From: Candidatus Elulimicrobiales bacterium
Lineage (GTDB): Bacteria; Patescibacteriota; Minisyncoccia; Phycocordibacterales; UBA5272
Direction of reading: 5' to 3'
Assembly (NCBI GenBank): GCA_034927475.1
Contig: JAYFPW010000006.1
Span: 9,197-73,196 of the forward strand
DNA length: 64,000 nucleotides
Made by a program: the position numbers and the translations under genes. Positions 58,347-64,000 of the stretch are shown piece after piece. The notes under the pieces are model-generated. The model saw nothing but the letters and a program-made list of their open reading frames with translations, did no database searches and was not told the origin of the DNA. Position 1 is the first letter of the stretch; the number at the start of each line of letters is the position of its first letter.

Positions 58347-59330
58347 ATGAGCAATAAAATTTTTTCAGAAATCATTTACTCTATTAAAAATAAAAATAGA
58401 AAAATATTTTCAGATTATTTTTATTTAATTTTAATTTCTTTTTTCCTTATTTTATTTTTTATCACTCTCTTATTATTTACTAAAGTCTACTCTTCAAGAG
58501 AACTGAAAGTTATTTTTTTAGATGTTGGACAAGGAGACTCGATTTTGATTCAAACTCCAGACGGGCAGAAAATTTTAATTGATGCTGGGCCAGATGACAA
58601 AGTGATTCGCAAAATAGAAAGTTATCTTTCTATTTTTAATAAAGAAATAGATTTAGTTATTATGAGTCACGGAGATTCTGATCATATTACCGGCTTTCTC
58701 TATCTTTTCCCAAAATATAATGTTAAAAATATTTTAGTGAATGGAGATCAAAATAAAGAGAGCTCAATATATTTAATTAATCAAGAAAAAATAGAACAAG
58801 AAATTGAATTCGATGAATCTAAAACTTATATAGCCAACTGTGGAGATATTTTATCTTTTGGAAAAGGTGAGGATTTGATAGAGGTGTATATTTTAAATCC
58901 AGTCAAGGGAGGTCTTATTATAAATGATAGCAATGAAAATTCTGTCGTCTTGCTTTTGGTATATAAAGATTACAGCTTTTTATTTTTAGGGGACGCCAGT
59001 CAAGAAATAGAGAATAAACTCTTTTTAAATATAGAAAATTGTTTTGAAAAAACTGTCTCTTTATCTTTAAAAGAGAAATTACAAGATTTAACGGTCTTAA
59101 AGGTTTCACACCACGGATCAAACACTGGTAGTTCAGCAAGCTTTTTAAAGCTCATTAAACCAGAATATGCAGTTATTAGCGCTGGAAAAGACAATAGATT
59201 TAATCATCCACACAAAGAAGTTGTAGAAATCTTAGAAAAATATAGTAAAAACATCTTAAACACTGTAAATACTGGAGATATTATTTTTCAGACTGACGGG
59301 AAAAATTTAGAAATAATAAAAGCAAAATAA
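58347..59330 (+). CDS. ComEC-type metallo-beta-lactamase domain encoded as a separate gene
   Basis: FLDVGQGDS, LIDAG, SHGDSDHITG, NENSVV, GD, KVSHHGS and HPH. Confidence 0.9.
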   Translation: MSNKIFSEIIYSIKNKNRKIFSDYFYLILISFFLILFFITLLLFTKVYSSRELKVIFLDVGQGDSILIQTPDGQKILIDAGPDDKVIRKIESYLSIFNKEIDLVIMSHGDSDHITGFLYLFPKYNVKNILVNGDQNKESSIYLINQEKIEQEIEFDESKTYIANCGDILSFGKGEDLIEVYILNPVKGGLIINDSNENSVVLLLVYKDYSFLFLGDASQEIENKLFLNIENCFEKTVSLSLKEKLQDLTVLKVSHHGSNTGSSASFLKLIKPEYAVISAGKDNRFNHPHKEVVEILEKYSKNILNTVNTGDIIFQTDGKNLEIIKAK

Positions 59331-59360
59331 AAACGCCTTATTTTAAGGCGTTTTTGATTT

Positions 59361-59564
59361 TTAAGCATTTACATTGAGATGAACTCCTTTTTTCATACAG
59401 CTGGTGCAGATTTTTACTCTAGGACCATTAGGAATTCTTGCCCACTGTAGATTGGGGTATTTTCTTCTCTTCCCTGCAGGATTAAATTTGGTAGCACGAA
59501 CTCTGTTGGAGTATTTTCCTACCACCTTTGTTCCTTTTTGGCATGCTGGACAAATGTTTGACAT
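59361..59564 (-). CDS. rpmB: 50S ribosomal protein L28 (Zn-binding CxxC form)
   Basis: MSNICPACQKG...RRKYPNLQ...KICTSCMK. Confidence 0.9.
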   Translation of the reverse strand: MSNICPACQKGTKVVGKYSNRVRATKFNPAGKRRKYPNLQWARIPNGPRVKICTSCMKKGVHLNVNA

Positions 59565-59674
59565 AAATTTAGTTTCTTTAATATTTCAAAATATTATCAT
59601 AAGTTGTCTTTTTTTACAAGGTTGTTAAAAATATTTGAGAGTTTTTTTAAGGGTGTCTATAAAAACAAAGACTC

Positions 59675-59841
59675 ATAAAGGACACTTATCCACAACTTGT
59701 CCTTTATAAAAACTTGTCTTTTATAAGATGTCGTTTATAATATAAGTATATAAGTAATGGGTTGCTAATTGAGCTTTTAGTTCTCTTGGCAGCCTTTTTA
59801 TTTGTAAATTTTATTTAACTTTTTAATTAAGAACAAAAATC
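59675..59841 (+). promoter_or_regulatory. Conserved upstream module, copy 2
   Basis: ataaaggaca-c-TTATCCACA(59686)-acttgtcctttataa-aaacttgtcttttataa-gatgtcgttTATAAT...ggttgcta...tggcagcc-ttttt. Confidence 0.85.
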
Positions 59842-60666
59842 ATGAAAAAAAAATTAGTAACAATATTAACTTTAATATTTGTTTTCACCATGTTTTCTGC
59901 TGTGGCTAATGCACAAAAACCAGGCGAGGTTTTAGTCGGTGAATACACATATTATGACGCAGAAGGAGATTTAGAATATGGGTCAACTTATCAATGGTAT
60001 AGAGGAGACACTCCTATACCAGGAGCTACAGATATAAATTATACTATTACTGAAGAAGATATAGGAACAATTCTATATTTTGAGGTGACTCCTAGATCTT
60101 TGACAGGAATTTCTCCAGGAGAGCCATTTAAGAGTGAGGGAATAGAAATTTCTAAAAAGTCTTCAGAAAAGCCTTCAGGCTTATTACCTTTACCTATACC
60201 GGTAAAAGCTTCTACTTCTACTCCAGTTGTGATTCAGGCAACTTCTACCGCCACTACCACTATCGTAACCCCTACAACTCCTAAGACAGGTATAGTTTCA
60301 GGAAATGGTTCATATGTCTCTCCTTTAGATCAAAAGACTTACACTTGTAATGCAGACAGCAAACCATTCAACTCATTTATGAGATTAAACTCTAAAAACA
60401 ATGATGTGAATCAAGTTAAGCTTTGGCAGGCATTCTTAAATGCAGATTTAGGTCTTAATATACCTATTACAGGTTTCTTTGGACAACAAACTTTTGAAGC
60501 TACTAAAGCTTTTCAAAAAAAATATGCTTCTGAAATCTTAACTCCATGGGATATTCAAGATGCAACAGGATATTTCTATAAATCAACACAATATAAAGCT
60601 AATAACCTCTTATCATGTTCAGGAATGACTCTAACTTTAGATAATGGTGTAGTTCTTAATTACTAA
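59842..60666 (+). CDS. Secreted protein: N-terminally incomplete AIR9-like Ig domain, P/T linker and peptidoglycan-binding-like domain
   Basis: Signal peptide, then KPGEVLVGEYTYYDAEGDLEYGSTYQWYR...EDIGTILYFEVTP; C-terminal VKLWQAFLN...TGFFGQQTFEATKAFQ. Confidence 0.82.
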   Translation: MKKKLVTILTLIFVFTMFSAVANAQKPGEVLVGEYTYYDAEGDLEYGSTYQWYRGDTPIPGATDINYTITEEDIGTILYFEVTPRSLTGISPGEPFKSEGIEISKKSSEKPSGLLPLPIPVKASTSTPVVIQATSTATTTIVTPTTPKTGIVSGNGSYVSPLDQKTYTCNADSKPFNSFMRLNSKNNDVNQVKLWQAFLNADLGLNIPITGFFGQQTFEATKAFQKKYASEILTPWDIQDATGYFYKSTQYKANNLLSCSGMTLTLDNGVVLNY

Positions 60667-60748
60667 GAAGTTTCAAATAAAATCTTAAGAAAACTGCCTT
60701 AATGGCAGTTTTTGTTTTGTTGCGTGGTATATTATAGAAACAATAATT

Positions 60749-61459
60749 ATGGATATACTATTTTTAATTTTCTTTTTTATTATTATCTTTTATTCTATCA
60801 TTTTACATGAAATAGCGCATGGTTATGCAGCCTATAGAAATGGGGATGCGACAGCTTACAATGCGGGGCGATTAACTTTGAACCCCATCTCTCATATTGA
60901 TGCGATAGGCTCTATTGTAGTTCCTATTTTTTCATATTTAGTATTGAAATTTCCTTTTGGTTGGGCAAAACCTGTTCCCTATAATCCAAACAATATACAA
61001 GGTAAAAAATATGCAGAATTAGAAATTTCAGCAGCTGGGATTTTAACTAATTTCACAATAGCTCTTTTAGCTGTAGTTGTTTTTTATATATTAAGATTTT
61101 TTGGTTTAGGAACAGAGTCAGTATTTTTAATACTTCAAACCATTACTTCAGTAAATTTATTTTTAGGATTATTTAATTTATTACCATTTCCACCAGCAGA
61201 TGGTTTTTCAGTTTTTACAGAACTTTTTTCTTTAGCAAAAGATTTTTGGTTAAAAATTAAAAATAGTTTTTCGAAAAAGAAAGAATATGAAGTGAGGTAT
61301 ATGGGCAAAACAAATTCTTTTAAAAATACAAGCTATAGAATAAAAGCTTTATTTTCCAACCCTTTAATGATGATAATTATAATTATAGTTGCTGTGAATA
61401 TTTTTCAGTTACTTGTCCCTTATATAATGTCCTTTATAAATTTTTTATACTCATTTTAG
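60749..61459 (+). CDS. Site-2 protease (M50 family)
   Basis: ILHEIAHG, GRLTLNP, FGWAKPVP and FNLLPFPPADG. Confidence 0.93.
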   Translation: MDILFLIFFFIIIFYSIILHEIAHGYAAYRNGDATAYNAGRLTLNPISHIDAIGSIVVPIFSYLVLKFPFGWAKPVPYNPNNIQGKKYAELEISAAGILTNFTIALLAVVVFYILRFFGLGTESVFLILQTITSVNLFLGLFNLLPFPPADGFSVFTELFSLAKDFWLKIKNSFSKKKEYEVRYMGKTNSFKNTSYRIKALFSNPLMMIIIIIVAVNIFQLLVPYIMSFINFLYSF

Positions 61460-61521
61460 TTTTCCCCACTTTTGTCCTTTATAAATATTGTCTTTTATAA
61501 AATGTCCTTTATAATATATAT
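61460..61521 (+). promoter_or_regulatory. Partial module copy (3x TGTC repeat and TATAAT, no leader hairpin)
   Basis: ttttccccac-tttgtcctttataa-atattgtcttttataa-aatgtccttTATAAT, followed within a few nt by ATG. Confidence 0.75.
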
Positions 61522-62193
61522 ATGTATAGAAATACTAAAAAAATTCTAGTTTTTTCATTTTTAATAATGTCCTTTATAGGTTTTGGTTTTTATAATGTAG
61601 ACGCGCAAGTAGAACAAAAGTTTTCTCCTATAGCTGATAGTGTTTCATGTATTGATGCACAATATGATTTAAGTTTTGGCTCTAGAGATTACGCGCTTTA
61701 TGGAAATGTACAAAAACTTCAACACTTCCTTTTTGAAAATGGAATTATGTATCATGCTCCAACTGGATATTTTGGTCCAATCACTCAAGCTTCCTTAATT
61801 AAGTATCAAACCCTGAGAAACCTTTATCCTACAGGCTTTTTTGATTCAAATACCAGAAAAGCTGTAGCTAGAGAGACTTGTGAACAAAATGAAATAGTTA
61901 ATAATGTTAGACTTATTACTAATTACAATCCACAATATCCAAATACTCAACAACCAAACCCGACTTATTCTCCACAAACTCAATATCCAGATAATACCAA
62001 CACTCAAATTCCTAATTCCACAAATACTTCTAGCAATCAAAGTCCTTATTATTATGTCCCTCAGACCACAAATCCTTACTACAGCACCACTACCACAAAC
62101 ACCCCCACTTTAGATAAACAGATTTATTATCAAATAACTGAACAGATGCTAGGATTTAAGCTTAACTCTACAACCCCAAATGTTCTTCCATAA
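61522..62193 (+). CDS. Secreted peptidoglycan-binding domain protein with a Q/N/P/T/Y-rich tail
   Basis: VQKLQHFL...PTGYFGPITQASLIKYQ...PTGFFDSNTR. Confidence 0.82.
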   Translation: MYRNTKKILVFSFLIMSFIGFGFYNVDAQVEQKFSPIADSVSCIDAQYDLSFGSRDYALYGNVQKLQHFLFENGIMYHAPTGYFGPITQASLIKYQTLRNLYPTGFFDSNTRKAVARETCEQNEIVNNVRLITNYNPQYPNTQQPNPTYSPQTQYPDNTNTQIPNSTNTSSNQSPYYYVPQTTNPYYSTTTTNTPTLDKQIYYQITEQMLGFKLNSTTPNVLP

Positions 62194-62200
62194 TAAACGA

Positions 62201-62377
62201 TAAACGACAAAGTTATCCACATCTTGTCCTTTACAAAATATTGTCTTTTATAAAATGTCGTTTATAATATAAGTATATAAGTAAGGGTGCTTAGAGCTTT
62301 TTGCTCTAGGCATCTTTTCTTTGTATAAAATATCCAATTAAAAATAAAAATAAATTATAAAACATTATAAAAATTTT
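62201..62377 (+). promoter_or_regulatory. Conserved upstream module, copy 3
   Basis: taaacgaca-aag-TTATCCACA(62213)-3x TGTC-TATAAT-gggtgcttagagc-ttttt-gctctaggcatct-tttcttt. Confidence 0.85.
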
Positions 62378-64000
62378 ATGAAAAAACTATTATTTACTTT
62401 CTTTGCTTTCGCAATAATATTATCTTCTTTTTCTTTTACTTTTGCGGAAGGGGCAACAAGTACAGCTACCAGTACTTATGGGTGGGTAGCAGAAGTAGCA
62501 TCTGGAGAAAGGAGATGGACTTCCATCACCTCATCCTTTGACGGCACGAAATTGGCTGCAGTTTTAAATGATGGTTACATCTATACCTCCACCGACTCTG
62601 GAGTAACTTGGACAGAACAAACAAGTTCTGGTTCAAGAGAATGGTCTTCCATCACCTCTTCTTCTGATGGAACAAAATTAGCGGCAGCGGTATATGATGG
62701 TTATATTTACAGCTCCACCGACTCTGGAGTAACTTGGACAGAACAAACTGGTTCTGGACAAAGACCTTGGAAATCCATCACTTCTTCTACTGACGGAACA
62801 AAATTAGCGGCAGCGGTATATGATGGTTATATTTACACCTCCACCGACTCTGGAGTAACTTGGACAGAACAAACTGGTTCTGGACAAAGACCTTGGGAAT
62901 CCATCACCTCATCTGCTGACGGTAGTAAATTAGCAGCAGTAGGAGCTAGTGGCTATATCTACACCTCCACTGACTCTGGGGCTACTTGGACAGAACAAAC
63001 TGGTTCTGGACAAAGACCTTGGAAATCCATCACCTCTTCCGCTGACGGAACAAAACTTGCGGCAGCACCATATTATGGTTACATCTACACCTCCACCACT
63101 TCTGGAGTAACTTGGACAGAACAAACTGGTTCTGGACAAAGACCTTGGGAATCCATCACCTCTTCTGCTGACGGAACAAAACTTTCAGCAGTAGTAAGAT
63201 ATGATGGTTACATCTACACCTCCACCACTTCTGGAGTAACTTGGACAGAACAAACAAGTGCTGGACAAAGAGGGATGTGGAAATCCATCACCTCTTCTGC
63301 TGACGGTACAAAGTTGGCAGCAGTAGCATATTATGATTACATCTACACCTACGGTCCTATTCCTTTACCAACAGTTGTTTCTAATCCTACATCTATAACA
63401 AATAGAACTTCTTTAGTGTTTAATGGCTATGTGAACACTTCGCACACTATACATGGAGTAGAATACTGTATTACAGGAGCATCTAATACACCTTGTGATT
63501 TTGCTAATGCCGAAAGAATAGAAGAAGAAGGATCTTATAGTTTAGGAGATATTGCTTTTACTGTTGATAATGTAACCCCTAACTCTTTCTTGCATTATAG
63601 ATTTTATGCTGAGAATGAAGAAGGTAGAAGTTATTCAGATGTTCAAACTATTTTTTTTGAATATAAAGAATTCAGACAGCAAACAAGTTCTGGTTCAAGA
63701 GACTGGTCTTCCATCACCTCTTCTTCTGATGGAACAAAATTAGCGGCAGCGGTATATGATGGGTATATTTACACCTCCACCGATTCTGGAGCTACTTGGA
63801 CAGAACGAACAAGTGCTGGTTCAAGAAGTTGGGTTTCCATCACCTCTTCTGCTGATGGAACAAAATTAGTGGCAGTAGTAGAGGGTGGCTACATCTACAC
63901 CTCCACCGACTCTGGATTAAATTGGGCACGGCAAGAAAGTGCTGGTTCAAGAAGTTGGACTTCCATCACCTCATCCTTTGACGGCACGAAATTGGCTGCA
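62378..64000 (+). CDS. Secreted BNR beta-propeller repeat protein (runs off the right edge), paralog of 45629-47920
   Basis: Hand translation MKKLLFTFFAFAIILSSFSFTFAEG..., 42-aa repeats SITSSxDGTKLAAxxxDGYIYTSTDSGVTWTEQTGSGQRPW, linker HGVEYC...VTPNSFLHYRFYAENEEG. Confidence 0.9.
   Translation, partial: MKKLLFTFFAFAIILSSFSFTFAEGATSTATSTYGWVAEVASGERRWTSITSSFDGTKLAAVLNDGYIYTSTDSGVTWTEQTSSGSREWSSITSSSDGTKLAAAVYDGYIYSSTDSGVTWTEQTGSGQRPWKSITSSTDGTKLAAAVYDGYIYTSTDSGVTWTEQTGSGQRPWESITSSADGSKLAAVGASGYIYTSTDSGATWTEQTGSGQRPWKSITSSADGTKLAAAPYYGYIYTSTTSGVTWTEQTGSGQRPWESITSSADGTKLSAVVRYDGYIYTSTTSGVTWTEQTSAGQRGMWKSITSSADGTKLAAVAYYDYIYTYGPIPLPTVVSNPTSITNRTSLVFNGYVNTSHTIHGVEYCITGASNTPCDFANAERIEEEGSYSLGDIAFTVDNVTPNSFLHYRFYAENEEGRSYSDVQTIFFEYKEFRQQTSSGSRDWSSITSSSDGTKLAAAVYDGYIYTSTDSGATWTERTSAGSRSWVSITSSADGTKLVAVVEGGYIYTSTDSGLNWARQESAGSRSWTSITSSFDGTKLAA
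62522..63350 (+). repeat. Seven near-identical ~126-bp intragenic tandem repeats; three more start at ~63710, ~63836 and ~63962
   Basis: tccatcac recurs at ~126-bp intervals (62522, 62648, ~62774, ~62900, ~63026, ~63152, ~63284). Confidence 0.92.

Noticed and set aside
41041-62265. TGTC...GACA repeats as transposon ends
   Set aside because: No transposase is present, the arrays flank core genes and occur inside CDSs, and no target-site duplications were seen.
62522-64000. 126-bp tandem repeats as a CRISPR array or DGR template/variable repeats
   Set aside because: The repeats are in-frame coding units without unique spacers; differences are not adenine-specific; no cas or reverse transcriptase gene is in the window.
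1-64000. Alternative genetic code (UGA=Gly, as in Gracilibacteria)
   Set aside because: Conserved genes are full length under code 11, with no need for TGA read-through.

Overview
AT-rich chromosomal window from a Patescibacteria/CPR (Parcubacteria-like) bacterium using genetic code 11; the lineage is inferred from gene content. It contains: the dnaA-dnaN/rpmH-rnpA-yidC origin locus; a chromosomal CPR-type T4SS block (VirB4-like, PrgI-like, VirB6-like, and a pilin-lysozyme-M15B fusion); housekeeping genes (tyrS, pbp1A, rsmA, pcrA, comM, rpsO, xer, xth, pgk, nusA, tig, hup, clpP, rny, ung, cca, recJ, rnhA, split comEC, rpmB); 5 tRNAs, RNase P RNA and a parS cluster at 49.2-52.7 kb. Most notable: (1) secreted BNR beta-propeller proteins end in what looks like the first beta-strand of an AIR9-like Ig domain, while a separate secreted peptidoglycan-binding protein starts with that domain lacking this strand, suggesting a split-domain, donor-strand adhesin display system; (2) these genes share a ~165-bp upstream module (DnaA box, three TGTCnTTTATAA repeats, -10, structurally conserved leader hairpin); (3) the same TGTC motif occurs in arrays around the parS cluster, including inside CDSs; (4) a catalytically degenerate TPI, a tRNA-like RNA beside tRNA-Pro and orphan structured RNAs. 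All family calls come from reading motifs by eye; no searches were run.
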